Source of the DNA: Bacteroidota bacterium
Lineage (GTDB): Bacteria > Bacteroidota > Bacteroidia > AKYH767-A > 2013-40CM-41-45
Direction: 5' to 3'
DNA: 64,000 nt
Assembly (NCBI GenBank): GCA_016708785.1
Contig: JADJFC010000001.1
Location: 176,147-240,146 of the forward strand
A program made the position numbers and the translations under genes. The notes under the pieces are model-generated. The model was not told the DNA's origin. It was given only the letters and a program-made list of their open reading frames with translations, and ran no database searches. Position 1 is the first letter of the stretch. Each line of letters starts with the position of its first letter. This document shows, piece after piece, positions 25,609-35,331 of this stretch.

Positions 25609-27648
25609 CTAAAGTAGTTTTAAAAGTCGCTTAGCCTGCTCATTCGTGGGATTAATTTTCAACACTTTTTCAATATAGTTTTTTGCCTTTACGACATCTT
25701 TCCTGTAAATCATTAATCCGGCTTTGTTCAACAAAGCTTGCTCATTATCCGGATCCAACTTAATGGCCTCATCATAATATTTTTCAGCTTTCTTATCATC
25801 CTTATTTACACTTAATGACAAAAAACCATAATTTACATATGCTGAAACGTATTTCGGGTTTTCTGAAATAATAAACGAATAATTACTCTCCGCTTTTGCA
25901 TTGTCACCGGATTCAAATTGAAGGTCTGCCAGCTTCATTCTGAAATCCGGATAAAATGGTGCTAATTCGACCGCTTTTGAAAAGTACCGTTCAGCATTTG
26001 ATTTATCCCCCGAAATTAGAAAGGCTTGCCCTATCCTATAAGCTGTCCATGCATCGTCGTTCGAAAAAGATTGACGCTTTAATGAATCAAGTGCATTTGA
26101 ATGTTGGGAAACGTAGCTTACTATTCTTGCATAATCTTCTTTCAAAAAAGCCCACCTGATCAGCTCATTGAAATTTTCAATTATTGCTGACCTCGAATTA
26201 TCATCGAAGTAGTTCTTTGCTGAATCCAGAAATACTTTGTTCGAAACAAATTTCTCATAATACGATAGATAAGCAATTCCTTTTGATCGATCATCGACTT
26301 CTAGATTATTGATACAAGCCAATTTCACAAATTCCCTGATCTGCGCTGTTTTCTCTTTTGTGACAGGCTTCCGGATCCAATGATCCGTAGTTGTTACATG
26401 GGGAATATCAATCGTTCCATTCTTTGGCATATGACAACTCACACAATTATCCTTTTTCTCAGTACGCAGTTTTTGTGATGCTGAACAATCATTTGAACGT
26501 ACAAGCTTGTTACCTGCATCTATTGAAGGTCCTATTGAAGGAATGTGACAGTTTCGACATGCAGCATTGAATACTTCGGTGCCCGTTGATTTCACACTGA
26601 CATGGGGATTATGACACGTTACACACGTCATTGCGTTTTTATAAGGTTCTTTTGTTGGATGGGATGAATTATATTTTTCGACAATTTTCAGGGATGAAGT
26701 AAAGCAATCACTCAACTTCATTCTTTCTGCATGTGAGGCCATGATGTGTTGGTCATCGTCACCCTTATATACAGGCATGAAAATATTCATTACCTCTGAG
26801 AGATGCATTCCGGGTTTAAAATCAAAGAAGGATTTACCTTTCATCAATACAGCATTTCCTTGAACGTGACATCGCTGGCAGACATCCATTTGCCGGTTGA
26901 TATCGAGTTTAGCGGGATTGACAATTGAATAGTCAATTTCATTTTTCACATCAATAGTTCTCCCTGCAAGCATTTCATCCTGGTGAACTTTGCCCGGACC
27001 ATGGCAACGTTCGCAATCTATTCCCGATGGAACATTCAAATACTTGTTCGCCGACCCAAGTATCATTTCAGGATATGCATTGTGACAAGACATGCATTCC
27101 AATTCGATCAATCGAGAAAAGCGGTTATTGAAACCATTTTCATATCCCGGTGGCAGATCCCATTTTCCTGATTGTGTGTAAAAAGTTGCCGGTGCCTGAT
27201 GAATATAACCATTCACATTTATCATGTGCGAATTGGTATGCTGCCCGGAACCGACGATGTAAGAGATCTTTTCCTTTCTGAGATACAATGTATCTTTTCC
27301 TGACAATCGAAATTCTGTTAAATAAAAATCATTTCCTTCCCAATGCGGATAATATGAGAAATTACGAAACTTGTCATAGATCACTTCATGAGAATCAAAT
27401 CGACCGGAAGATTTTGCTTTCGATGCAGTGTCAAATGACATGCCCATTCCGGTATGCATAAAGGTCTCAAACTTGTCTGAATGACATTGACGACAAGCTT
27501 CTTTTCCAATGTACTTCGTAGAATCAGATAATGATGAATATTCTTTTAGTGCAGTTTTAGGTTCGGTTTGTCTATTACATGACAAGAAAATAAAAACCGA
27601 AAAGAAGATCAGCAAAAGTGCGTATGCTAAATTTCTAATACGCATCAA
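25609..27648 (-). CDS. Multiheme c-type cytochrome lipoprotein (7 CxxCH) fused to C-terminal TPR repeats
   Basis: 679 aa with lipobox FLSC and seven CxxCH motifs: CRQCH, CMSCH, CERCH, CQRCH, CVTCH, CRNCH, CVSCH. The C-terminal ~200 aa carry TPR-like repeats (AERYFSKAVELAPFY..., AEKYYDEAIKLDPDN..., AKNYIEKVLKINPTN). Confidence 0.85.
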   Translation of the reverse strand: MMRIRNLAYALLLIFFSVFIFLSCNRQTEPKTALKEYSSLSDSTKYIGKEACRQCHSDKFETFMHTGMGMSFDTASKAKSSGRFDSHEVIYDKFRNFSYYPHWEGNDFYLTEFRLSGKDTLYLRKEKISYIVGSGQHTNSHMINVNGYIHQAPATFYTQSGKWDLPPGYENGFNNRFSRLIELECMSCHNAYPEMILGSANKYLNVPSGIDCERCHGPGKVHQDEMLAGRTIDVKNEIDYSIVNPAKLDINRQMDVCQRCHVQGNAVLMKGKSFFDFKPGMHLSEVMNIFMPVYKGDDDQHIMASHAERMKLSDCFTSSLKIVEKYNSSHPTKEPYKNAMTCVTCHNPHVSVKSTGTEVFNAACRNCHIPSIGPSIDAGNKLVRSNDCSASQKLRTEKKDNCVSCHMPKNGTIDIPHVTTTDHWIRKPVTKEKTAQIREFVKLACINNLEVDDRSKGIAYLSYYEKFVSNKVFLDSAKNYFDDNSRSAIIENFNELIRWAFLKEDYARIVSYVSQHSNALDSLKRQSFSNDDAWTAYRIGQAFLISGDKSNAERYFSKAVELAPFYPDFRMKLADLQFESGDNAKAESNYSFIISENPKYVSAYVNYGFLSLSVNKDDKKAEKYYDEAIKLDPDNEQALLNKAGLMIYRKDVVKAKNYIEKVLKINPTNEQAKRLLKLL

Positions 27649-27653
27649 GTAAA

Positions 27654-28202
27654 TTATTTTTTAATCAGCTGCATTGTGTACTCATCGTAGAACTTTCCTT
27701 GCTCATACATCCAATCCTGCTTTAAGCCTGTTACTTCGAATCCGACTTTCTTGAACAAAGCTACACTACTTTCATTTTCTACACGAACATTCGAATAGAT
27801 CTGGTGCAGATCCAATACTTCAAAAGCATAATCAACGATTAAATGCAACGCTTCAGTAGCATAGCCACGACCACGGTCTGCTTTGTCTGCAATTAAAATT
27901 CCAACTCCTGCTCTTTTATTTTTAGGATCAAAATCGAAAAGATCGACACATCCGATGGAACGAGTTGTTTCATCTTCATCGGCCTCATCAAAATACTTTA
28001 AGTCAACAATTAAACGGAGTTGTTTGTTTGTATAAATGTCCTGATGAACTTGAGTAACGAACTCTTCCAGGACAAATTTCGAAAACGGCACCAATGTTCC
28101 ACTAACACTCCAAATAGAACTATCATTTTCCCATCTGTAAAGTTGATTAAGATCTGTTGGTTCTAATGCTCTCAAATGAATCAGTTCGCCTACTAGTTGC
28201 AT
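27654..28202 (-). CDS. GNAT family N-acetyltransferase (RimJ/RimL-like)
   Basis: 182 aa with LIADKADRGRGYATEAL and ENESSVALFKKVGF. Confidence 0.8.
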   Translation of the reverse strand: MQLVGELIHLRALEPTDLNQLYRWENDSSIWSVSGTLVPFSKFVLEEFVTQVHQDIYTNKQLRLIVDLKYFDEADEDETTRSIGCVDLFDFDPKNKRAGVGILIADKADRGRGYATEALHLIVDYAFEVLDLHQIYSNVRVENESSVALFKKVGFEVTGLKQDWMYEQGKFYDEYTMQLIKK

Positions 28203-28295
28203 ATTGTTTTTGTTTGTCCGAATTTACGAATAGATGTGCCTATGTTGTTAGATGTAGTAGAATGATTATATGAACATATGAATGTTCAAGCCGTG

Positions 28296-28303
28296 CAAAA
28301 GTA
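28296..28303 (-). promoter_or_regulatory. Candidate -7 box TACTTTTG upstream of the GNAT/cytochrome/two-component gene string
   Basis: Plus-strand CAAAAGTA, 94 nt upstream of the ATG at 28202. Confidence 0.25.
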
Positions 28304-28329
28304 AGTCTGAAAGTCTGTATTACCAAATT

Positions 28330-29115
28330 TCATTTTGGAACACTCCCACTGAAAGCTGCAACAGCCGGGCCTTCCAGCCAGATTTGTTCGAAACCGTGAC
28401 CTTCCTTGCTAAAATGAACCTTTAACTTTCCACCGGGTGTATACACCACGCATTCGTCCTTGTTTTTAAGCTTACCTGAGAAAACGGCAGCAAGAACGGC
28501 TGCAGTAACTCCGGTTCCGCATGACAAAGTTTCATCTTCCACTCCTCTTTCATAGGTCCTGACATGAATAAAATTGTCTTCTATCTCAACAAAATTGACA
28601 TTGATCCCTTCGCTTTTATATGGTGGGGAATTACGGATTACTTTTCCCTTCTTAACAACATCAAGATCTTTAACCGATTTTACAAATGTTACATAATGAG
28701 GTGAACCGGTATTCAGTATAATCGCTCCTTTGACCTTATGCAGATTTAAGACATCAGCCATTTTCAATTTTACATTCATCGGAGTATCAGACAGGACAAT
28801 TGCTTCATGTGGACCATCAAAAGCAAGAAAGTTTGTTTCCTCTTTTATGATTTTTAAAAAATGCGCAAATGCTACAGCACACCTTCCACCATTACCACAC
28901 ATAGATCCCAGATTACCATCAGAATTATAGTATACCATTTCGAAATCAAATCCGTCTTTCTTTACGATTCGGATCAATCCATCACCACCAATTCCAAAAT
29001 GACGGTCACATAGCAATTTCACTTCTTCAACGGAAAACGATAATTTATTCAGCCGATCGTCAATCATTATGAAATCGTTCCCTGTACCATGATATTTATA
29101 AAATTGTATCTTCAT
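28330..29115 (-). CDS. dapF: Diaminopimelate epimerase
   Basis: 261 aa with KYHGTGNDF, MCGNGGRC and LSCGTGVTA (two catalytic Cys). Confidence 0.92.
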   Translation of the reverse strand: MKIQFYKYHGTGNDFIMIDDRLNKLSFSVEEVKLLCDRHFGIGGDGLIRIVKKDGFDFEMVYYNSDGNLGSMCGNGGRCAVAFAHFLKIIKEETNFLAFDGPHEAIVLSDTPMNVKLKMADVLNLHKVKGAIILNTGSPHYVTFVKSVKDLDVVKKGKVIRNSPPYKSEGINVNFVEIEDNFIHVRTYERGVEDETLSCGTGVTAAVLAAVFSGKLKNKDECVVYTPGGKLKVHFSKEGHGFEQIWLEGPAVAAFSGSVPK

Positions 29116-30032
29116 TTTAGTGCAGCCGGCAGGTCTGTATTTTTTATCATAGAAAACGACACAAATTCTTCAGACGGATTGAGACGGAAATAGTCTTGTC
29201 CGTATTTCATCATCAATTTATTTTCAAAAATGTATAGCTTGACTGCATCAGGTTCTTCAATACCAAACAGAATTAACTTATTTGAATATAATTTGTAACC
29301 TCTATAATTTACCGGTGACAACCAAAACTCAACTTCATAGTCATCATTTTCCGGTTTTGAATTTTCAGCAAGTCCTGCACCTGGATTTAATTTGCTTGCA
29401 GTCGATTGTGTCAAAGAACCTTCTACTGGCTTTTTTACTTCTTCCGGATTAAGACCTGTAACTTTTAAGGAATGTGTTACAAGTAATTGATCTTTCTTTA
29501 CTACTAAATTATCTTCTTCTGAATTTGTAGTGGCTATAGAACTATCCTGATCGGAAATATTATCTTCTATAGTGGGGCTTTCTACTGATTGTGATTCTGT
29601 ACTTTCCAAAATAACTTCAGACTGTTTTTCCTTGGATTTGAGAACTACTTTATCACTCGATTCTTCTTTCTCTTGTTTGACAACACTTTTTCTGAACAGA
29701 TCCAGATTAAATATTTTCCGTCGACTTTGCAATGTACCTGTTCCTATATATTGCCACAAGATGATGCCTGTTCCGGTAATAAATAAGAAAGTAATGATCA
29801 GTTTTAGTCCGGTCGGAATTAATGGCTTCTTATAACCTATCTTCTCCACAATTGATTTTTCAACTCTGTTATCTTCTGCTACCTGAATTGATTCAATCAA
29901 GAGATTATGAAAGCTAACTGACTTTCTGAAATTCTCGTCACTATCAAGCTTGTCCATAAACTCCTTCAGTTCTACCCCACTGAGTGAATTATCGATATAA
30001 CGATCAATCAAAGATCTTTCTTGCGTTGTCAT
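29112..30032 (-). CDS. Single-pass membrane protein, anti-sigma-factor-like
   Basis: 306 aa. The N-terminus LIDRYIDNSLSGVELKEFMDKLDSDENFRKSV resembles anti-sigma N-domains. It has one TM helix, a Ser/Glu-rich linker and a C-terminal globular part. It lies 1 nt downstream of the sigma-like gene. Confidence 0.35.
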   Translation of the reverse strand: MTTQERSLIDRYIDNSLSGVELKEFMDKLDSDENFRKSVSFHNLLIESIQVAEDNRVEKSIVEKIGYKKPLIPTGLKLIITFLFITGTGIILWQYIGTGTLQSRRKIFNLDLFRKSVVKQEKEESSDKVVLKSKEKQSEVILESTESQSVESPTIEDNISDQDSSIATTNSEEDNLVVKKDQLLVTHSLKVTGLNPEEVKKPVEGSLTQSTASKLNPGAGLAENSKPENDDYEVEFWLSPVNYRGYKLYSNKLILFGIEEPDAVKLYIFENKLMMKYGQDYFRLNPSEEFVSFSMIKNTDLPAALK

Positions 30033-30033
30033 A

Positions 30034-30564
30034 TCAGGCTTGAATACCGGTATTTAGTCTCGCCATTGAAATCTGACGGAATTGATTTAGTGCTTTGTGT
30101 ACTTCAAACTCTGCAATTACAGGGTTACTGAACTCAAATCGTGAAGCTATCTCTTCGAAAGATAATTTTTCTGTATAGCGCGAACTAAGCAATTTTTTAC
30201 TTTGATAATCAAGAATGGAAAAACATGAACTGACAGCATCCCTCTCCATGTCAGTTGAAGGTTGTATTCCGGTTTTCCGGAGAAATCTACGAGCTTCTTT
30301 TTCCTTGTTCAAATGCTCATTTAGCATATTGAAAATATATTTATCCATATCCACATGCGTACTTAGTCTGTTTTGCTGGATGTCTCTGAAAACTTTGACA
30401 AGAACCTTTGCAAAAATGGCAGGTGTGGCAGAATCGGAAATGCCATTTCTTCTTATCCAACGACGGGATGTTTGAAAGTACTTTTTGCTCAATTTGAAAA
30501 GCGTTTCTTCATTTCCATTTCTGATGGATGTGATAACCTCTTCGTTGAATTTTTGTGATGACAT
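30034..30564 (-). CDS. Divergent sigma-70 family (ECF-like) sigma factor
   Basis: 176 aa. It has a region-4-like HTH (LSFEEIASRFEFSNPVIAEFEVHKAL), but region 2 is poorly conserved. Confidence 0.5.
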   Translation of the reverse strand: MSSQKFNEEVITSIRNGNEETLFKLSKKYFQTSRRWIRRNGISDSATPAIFAKVLVKVFRDIQQNRLSTHVDMDKYIFNMLNEHLNKEKEARRFLRKTGIQPSTDMERDAVSSCFSILDYQSKKLLSSRYTEKLSFEEIASRFEFSNPVIAEFEVHKALNQFRQISMARLNTGIQA

Positions 30565-30571
30565 AAGAATA

Positions 30572-30579
30572 CAAAAGTA
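30572..30579 (-). promoter_or_regulatory. Candidate -7 box TACTTTTG, 7 nt upstream of the ATG at 30564
   Basis: Plus-strand CAAAAGTA. Confidence 0.35.
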
Positions 30580-30990
30580 GAAAATTAGCCAGACTTTTGA
30601 GGTTTTTTAAAGGCTGGGAAACATACTTAGTCAACAAAATTGCTGACAACCAAAACGCCATTTTTCATTGATTTACAGGATTTTATCCAATTCTCCTGAA
30701 TTAAAGAGAATGCGGTAATACGATTGATTTACCAGGAACAAATTTCCTTTACGGTGGTTAAACAAAGTTAAACCTTTAAAAATACTTTGCTTAAGTAGAC
30801 TAAACTCCCGTTCATGTGCGTTAATCAATTTACATAAATGGATAAGACAAAATTTCAGAAATTTGAAATTAAAGATCGTCAGCACTTAACCAAAATTAAC
30901 TGTTTCATTCATTTTTACTTCATTAAAAGAATAGGAATTTTGATGGCATAAATTTTGAAAACGCGAAAAAAAATAAAAAAATAAAAAGCT

Positions 30991-32424
30991 ATGATAAACA
31001 AAATGAAAAAAGCAATTGGAGTTTTATTGATTGCAGGTCTAGGCGGATTATCCGGAGCTTATGTTTACTCTCTTTACTCAACAGGTGATCTGACTTCAAA
31101 AAATATCTCAGAGAAACAAAATGTTTCTTTTGTGAACCTGCCTGCCACTTCTCAAACTAATCTGACGGATTTTACGAAGGCAGCGGAAATGTCAGTACAT
31201 GCAGTTGTGCATGTCAAGACTTTTTACACATCACAAATGAATTCGCAATTTGGAAATCCGTTTGACTTTTGGGGAAGGCAACAACCAAGACAACAAGAAA
31301 GCAGTGGATCCGGCGTCATCATCACTCAAGATGGATACATAGTAACAAATAATCACGTAGTTGAAAATGCCGATAAGGTTGAAGTTACTTTGAACGACAA
31401 CCAAAGCTATACAGCAAAAGTAATCGGTACTGATCCTTCTACTGATCTTGCATTACTAAAGATTGATGAAAAGAACCTACCATTTATTCCATATGGAAAT
31501 TCTGATGATGTGAAAGTCGGCGAATGGGTTTTAGCTGTTGGTAATCCTTTTAATCTGACAAGCACTGTAACAGCCGGAATCATTAGCGCAAAGGCCAGAA
31601 ACATTGGCATTCTTCCTGACCAATATAAAATCGAATCGTTCCTTCAAACAGATGCAGCTGTTAATCCGGGCAATAGTGGCGGTGCATTGGTGAATACCAA
31701 TGGTGATCTTGTAGGTATCAACTCAGCCATTGCCTCTACAACCGGTTCTTTCACAGGTTATTCTTTTGCTATTCCTGTCAATCTGGTCAGAAAGGTTATG
31801 GATGACCTTGTAGAATTCGGAAGTGTACAACGTGGTTTCATAGGTGTTTCAATTCGCGATATCGATTCGAAATTGATCGAAGAAAAAGGCTTGAAACAAA
31901 CCCAAGGTGTATTTGTAGCCGGACTTACTGAAGGTGGTGCTGCTTCTGATGCCGGATTAAAAGAAGGTGATATAATTCAAAAAGTAGGTAACGTTACTGT
32001 TACTTCTACTCCTCAACTTCAAGAACAAATTGGTAGATATCGTCCGGGCGATAAAGTTGCTGTCACAGTTTTGCGAGATGGTAAACAAGACGACTTCATG
32101 TTGACATTACGAAATAAGGATGGTGATACAAAGATCGTCAAGAATGAAGAACCCTTAAATCTTCTTGGTGGAACATTTGAAAATGCATCACAAGATGAAA
32201 AATCGAAATTGAATATTCGTGGCGGTGTAAAAATTTCAAAGTTACTTGCCGGTAAATTAAGAAGCGCAGGAATCCAGGAAGGATTTATCATCACATCGAT
32301 CGACAAAAAACCAATCGTTACTAAAGATGATCTGGAAAGTGCATTAAAAACCAAGCAAGGTGGAGTTCTGATCGAAGGTGTTTATCCGAATGGGATGAAA
32401 GCGTATTATGGGTTTGGAATCTGA
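30991..32424 (+). CDS. htrA: Do/DegQ/HtrA family serine endoprotease with two PDZ domains
   Basis: 477 aa with catalytic triad context TNNHV, DLALLKI and GNSGGALV. Confidence 0.92.
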   Translation: MINKMKKAIGVLLIAGLGGLSGAYVYSLYSTGDLTSKNISEKQNVSFVNLPATSQTNLTDFTKAAEMSVHAVVHVKTFYTSQMNSQFGNPFDFWGRQQPRQQESSGSGVIITQDGYIVTNNHVVENADKVEVTLNDNQSYTAKVIGTDPSTDLALLKIDEKNLPFIPYGNSDDVKVGEWVLAVGNPFNLTSTVTAGIISAKARNIGILPDQYKIESFLQTDAAVNPGNSGGALVNTNGDLVGINSAIASTTGSFTGYSFAIPVNLVRKVMDDLVEFGSVQRGFIGVSIRDIDSKLIEEKGLKQTQGVFVAGLTEGGAASDAGLKEGDIIQKVGNVTVTSTPQLQEQIGRYRPGDKVAVTVLRDGKQDDFMLTLRNKDGDTKIVKNEEPLNLLGGTFENASQDEKSKLNIRGGVKISKLLAGKLRSAGIQEGFIITSIDKKPIVTKDDLESALKTKQGGVLIEGVYPNGMKAYYGFGI

Positions 32425-32520
32425 AATGATTACGGATTTCGGAATCCGGATTTTGGATTTGGATGGATTAAATCAAATCATTGCGTCGAATAACGCCAAT
32501 CCGAAATCCACTGTGCACTG
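32425..32520. repeat. GGATTT/CGGAAT word-repeat block with imperfect dyad symmetry
   Basis: aatgatt..cggatttcggaatccggattttggatttgg...aatcatt..cgaataacg..aatccgaaatcc. It starts immediately after the htrA stop. Confidence 0.8.
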
Positions 32521-32534
32521 ATCGAAATTCATAA

Positions 32535-32568
32535 AAAGAGCCGTAAATCAACTTACGGCTCTTTTTAT
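32535..32568 (+). terminator. Rho-independent terminator of htrA
   Basis: AAAGAGCCGTAA / atcaac / TTACGGCTCTTT followed by TTAT. Confidence 0.8.
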
Positions 32569-32710
32569 CTCCCAAAGTGGCATAAAGTGCTTTTTAGGTG
32601 CGATTTTTGAGGAGTAAAAGTAAATTGCCTCAGTGCCCTCTTTTTTCAACAATACCAAGTAGTTATTAACCGATTGTTGACAAAAACTTGCTTCGCCTTT
32701 AGCTATGGCT

Positions 32711-32718
32711 TATCTTTG
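32711..32718 (+). promoter_or_regulatory. Candidate rpoD promoter -7 box TATCTTTG
   Basis: TAnnTTTG match with a TTG about 20 nt upstream (aacTTGcttcg...), 71 nt before the ATG. Confidence 0.4.
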
Positions 32719-32788
32719 CAACACTAATAAAAAACAGATTTTTCGTCGAAATCTGCATGTTTTCTAACCTAAATCTCTCGATCTAACC

Positions 32789-33652
32789 ATGCGTCAGCTC
32801 AAAATAACCAAATCGATTACCAACCGCGAGAGTCAGTCTCTCGAAAAGTATTTACAGGAAATTGGCCGTGAAGAGCTTATTACCGCAGAAGAAGAAGTTC
32901 GTTTAGCGAGGAAAATAAAAGAAGGTGATCAGAATGCTTTGGATCGTCTAACCAAAGCAAATTTACGTTTCGTAGTTTCTGTCGCTAAGCAATATCAGAA
33001 TCAAGGTCTTTCACTTCCCGATCTTATCAATGAAGGAAATCTTGGTTTGATCAAGGCTGCTAAACGTTTTGATGAAACACGTGGTTTCAAATTCATTTCT
33101 TATGCTGTATGGTGGATCCGTCAAAGTATCCTTCAGGCATTAGCTGAACAATCAAGAATTGTTCGCCTTCCACTTAATCAGGTCGGTTCACTCAATAAAA
33201 TTTCAAAAGCATACTCTAAACTTGAACAGGAATTCGAACGCGAACCTTCTCCGGAAGAATTAGCGAAGATCCTGGACATCCCTACTGAAAAAATTGCTGA
33301 CACAATGCGTGTGAGTGGTAAACACGTTTCAATGGATGCACCTTTCGTTCAAGGCGAAGATAATAGTCTGATCGATGTACTTGAGAATGCAGATTCTCCA
33401 CGTGCTGATGGTCTGTTGATGAATGAATCTCTTCAAAAAGAAATCGATCGTTCATTGAGCACACTTACTGAACGCGAACGCGAAGTGATCAAATTATTCT
33501 TTGGTATCGGAATGCAACACGGACTTACCTTAGAAGAGATCGGCGCTAAATTCGACCTTACACGTGAACGTGTTCGTCAGATAAAAGAAAAAGCGATCAG
33601 AAGATTGCGTCATAAATCAAGAAGCAGATTACTTAAAGCTTATCTTGGATAA
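32789..33652 (+). CDS. rpoD: Primary RNA polymerase sigma factor (Bacteroidota sigma-A type)
   Basis: 287 aa with regions 2-4 present ([64 protein letters not shown]). Confidence 0.95.
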   Translation: MRQLKITKSITNRESQSLEKYLQEIGREELITAEEEVRLARKIKEGDQNALDRLTKANLRFVVSVAKQYQNQGLSLPDLINEGNLGLIKAAKRFDETRGFKFISYAVWWIRQSILQALAEQSRIVRLPLNQVGSLNKISKAYSKLEQEFEREPSPEELAKILDIPTEKIADTMRVSGKHVSMDAPFVQGEDNSLIDVLENADSPRADGLLMNESLQKEIDRSLSTLTEREREVIKLFFGIGMQHGLTLEEIGAKFDLTRERVRQIKEKAIRRLRHKSRSRLLKAYLG

Positions 33653-33690
33653 TCTTCTTTCAACATCATGACCTTATAAATCATTCAACT

Positions 33691-33729
33691 GACAGCTTTC
33701 ACCAAAAATGAAAGCTGTCTGTGTTTTAA
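33691..33729 (+). terminator. Rho-independent terminator of rpoD
   Basis: GACAGCTTTCA / ccaaaaa / TGAAAGCTGTC followed by tgtgtttta. The ORF-track ATG at 33708 lies inside this hairpin. Confidence 0.75.
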
Positions 33730-33764
33730 TAAAACAAAGAAACTTACTTCAAACCCATCATATC

Positions 33765-35249
33765 ATGTCAACTGAGGCACTTAACAACCAAGAAATTAAT
33801 CACAAAGACAAATACGAAAACGAACTGGCCGACTGGATTCAGCAAGAAAAATCAGCGATAGCTCTTATACACGTTGCCGGAACATTATGGTTCGACAAAT
33901 CTGTTGAGCTTATTCTTTTCAGAAATCAACTTGTTGATAGAAGTGCAAGTGAAATTTTAAATCTTCACCAGTACAGCAAACAAATGGTCAACAAACCGAT
34001 CAATGTGATCGAAACTCTTGCTCTGGCAAAAGAGATGAATAAAGTTGAACTGGCTCCTTCTCGAATAGATATCGGAAAACTAAGCGCTGAATGGCTGCTT
34101 GAAAGAAAAAAATATAAAAATGCAGAAGAATTCATCGGCGACAAACTGAAAGACTTTATCGGAAAAGAAAAACGAGTAATGGTACCGAAAGATGTTGTTC
34201 TTTATGGTTTCGGACGAATCGGTCGTCTACTCATGCGAGAATTGATCTCTCAGGCAGGTAAGGGTGAGCAATTGCGCCTCCGCGCTGTTGTTACCCGAAA
34301 CAATAGTGATGAAGACATTGCAAAACGTGCAGACCTACTTCGTAATGATTCTGTTCATGGAGCATTTCCGGGTACTGTGATTGAAGATTTTGAGAATAAA
34401 GCATTGATCGTAAATGGACATTCTGTGCAAATGATAGCTGCGAATGATCCTGGTGCAATTGATTATAACTCATACGGAATTAATGATGCCTTGATCATTG
34501 ACAATACCGGTGTTTCGCGTGATCGCGAAGGATTAAGCAAGCATCTAAAATCAAAAGGTGCAAGTAAAGTTTTGTTGACAGCTCCAGGTAAAGGTGATAT
34601 TCCAAATATTGTTTACGGCGTTAATGAAGAAAATTTTGATCACCACACAGAAACAATATTCTCTGCTGCAAGCTGCACAACCAATGCCATTGTTCCTGTT
34701 CTTGCCGTAATTGAAAAATCGTTAGGAATTGAAAAAGGTCACATTGAAACTATTCACTCTTATACGAATGATCAAAACCTGCTTGATAACTATCACAAAA
34801 AATATCGTCGTGGAAGATCAGCTGCGTTAAACATGGTAATCACTGAAACCGGCGCCGACAAAGCAGTTGCAAAAGTACTACCTCCGCTTGCAGGTAAACT
34901 GACAGGTAATGCAGTGCGTGTGCCAACACCTGATGTTTCCCTTGCTATTTTAAATTTGACTGTTCAGAAAGAAACTACCAAAGACGGTGTAAACGAGATC
35001 TTAAAAAATGCAGCATTCAATGGCCCTTTAGTTGAACAGATCCAGTATTCTGTTTCAAATGAATTGGTATCTAGTGATCTAGTAGGAAATCCTTGTGCTT
35101 CTATTGTTGATAGTCCGGCAACAATCGTTTCAAAAGATAATAAAAGTATGGTACTGTATGTTTGGTATGATAACGAATATGGCTATAGTCGTCAGGTAAT
35201 TCGTTATGCGAAGTACCTTGCGGATGTGATACGACTACGTTATTATTAA
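33765..35249 (+). CDS. gap: Glyceraldehyde-3-phosphate dehydrogenase, long form with N-terminal extension
   Basis: It has GFGRIGR, the catalytic ASCTTNA, and WYDNEYGYS. I preferred the ATG at 33765 (MSTEALNN), downstream of the rpoD terminator. Confidence 0.9.
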   Translation: MSTEALNNQEINHKDKYENELADWIQQEKSAIALIHVAGTLWFDKSVELILFRNQLVDRSASEILNLHQYSKQMVNKPINVIETLALAKEMNKVELAPSRIDIGKLSAEWLLERKKYKNAEEFIGDKLKDFIGKEKRVMVPKDVVLYGFGRIGRLLMRELISQAGKGEQLRLRAVVTRNNSDEDIAKRADLLRNDSVHGAFPGTVIEDFENKALIVNGHSVQMIAANDPGAIDYNSYGINDALIIDNTGVSRDREGLSKHLKSKGASKVLLTAPGKGDIPNIVYGVNEENFDHHTETIFSAASCTTNAIVPVLAVIEKSLGIEKGHIETIHSYTNDQNLLDNYHKKYRRGRSAALNMVITETGADKAVAKVLPPLAGKLTGNAVRVPTPDVSLAILNLTVQKETTKDGVNEILKNAAFNGPLVEQIQYSVSNELVSSDLVGNPCASIVDSPATIVSKDNKSMVLYVWYDNEYGYSRQVIRYAKYLADVIRLRYY

Positions 35250-35330
35250 CGAATAACGAATAACGAATAACGAAAATGCACGGACGGATCCGTGCATTTT
35301 CGTTTTTAGTTATTCGCTATTAGTTAGTAA
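35250..35330. terminator. Bidirectional hairpin with CGAATAA word-repeat arms between gap and a convergent lipoprotein gene
   Basis: (CGAATAA)x3 occupies 35250-35270. The perfect core is CGAAAATGCACGGA / cgga / TCCGTGCATTTTCG (35271-35302), followed by tttttagttattcg. Confidence 0.75.
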
Positions 35331-35331
35331 T

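Noticed and set aside
30673-30885. 70-aa ORF in the 426-nt spacer between the sigma-like gene and htrA
   Set aside because: I recognise no family. It is Phe/Leu/Ile/Asn-rich, as expected from AT-rich noncoding DNA, and has no promoter box or coupling. The spacer itself showed no convincing RNA structure by eye.
33708-33764. Upstream start of gap at 33708 (MKAVCVLIKQRN...)
   Set aside because: That ATG lies inside the rpoD terminator hairpin (33691-33719). The start at 33765 is preferred.
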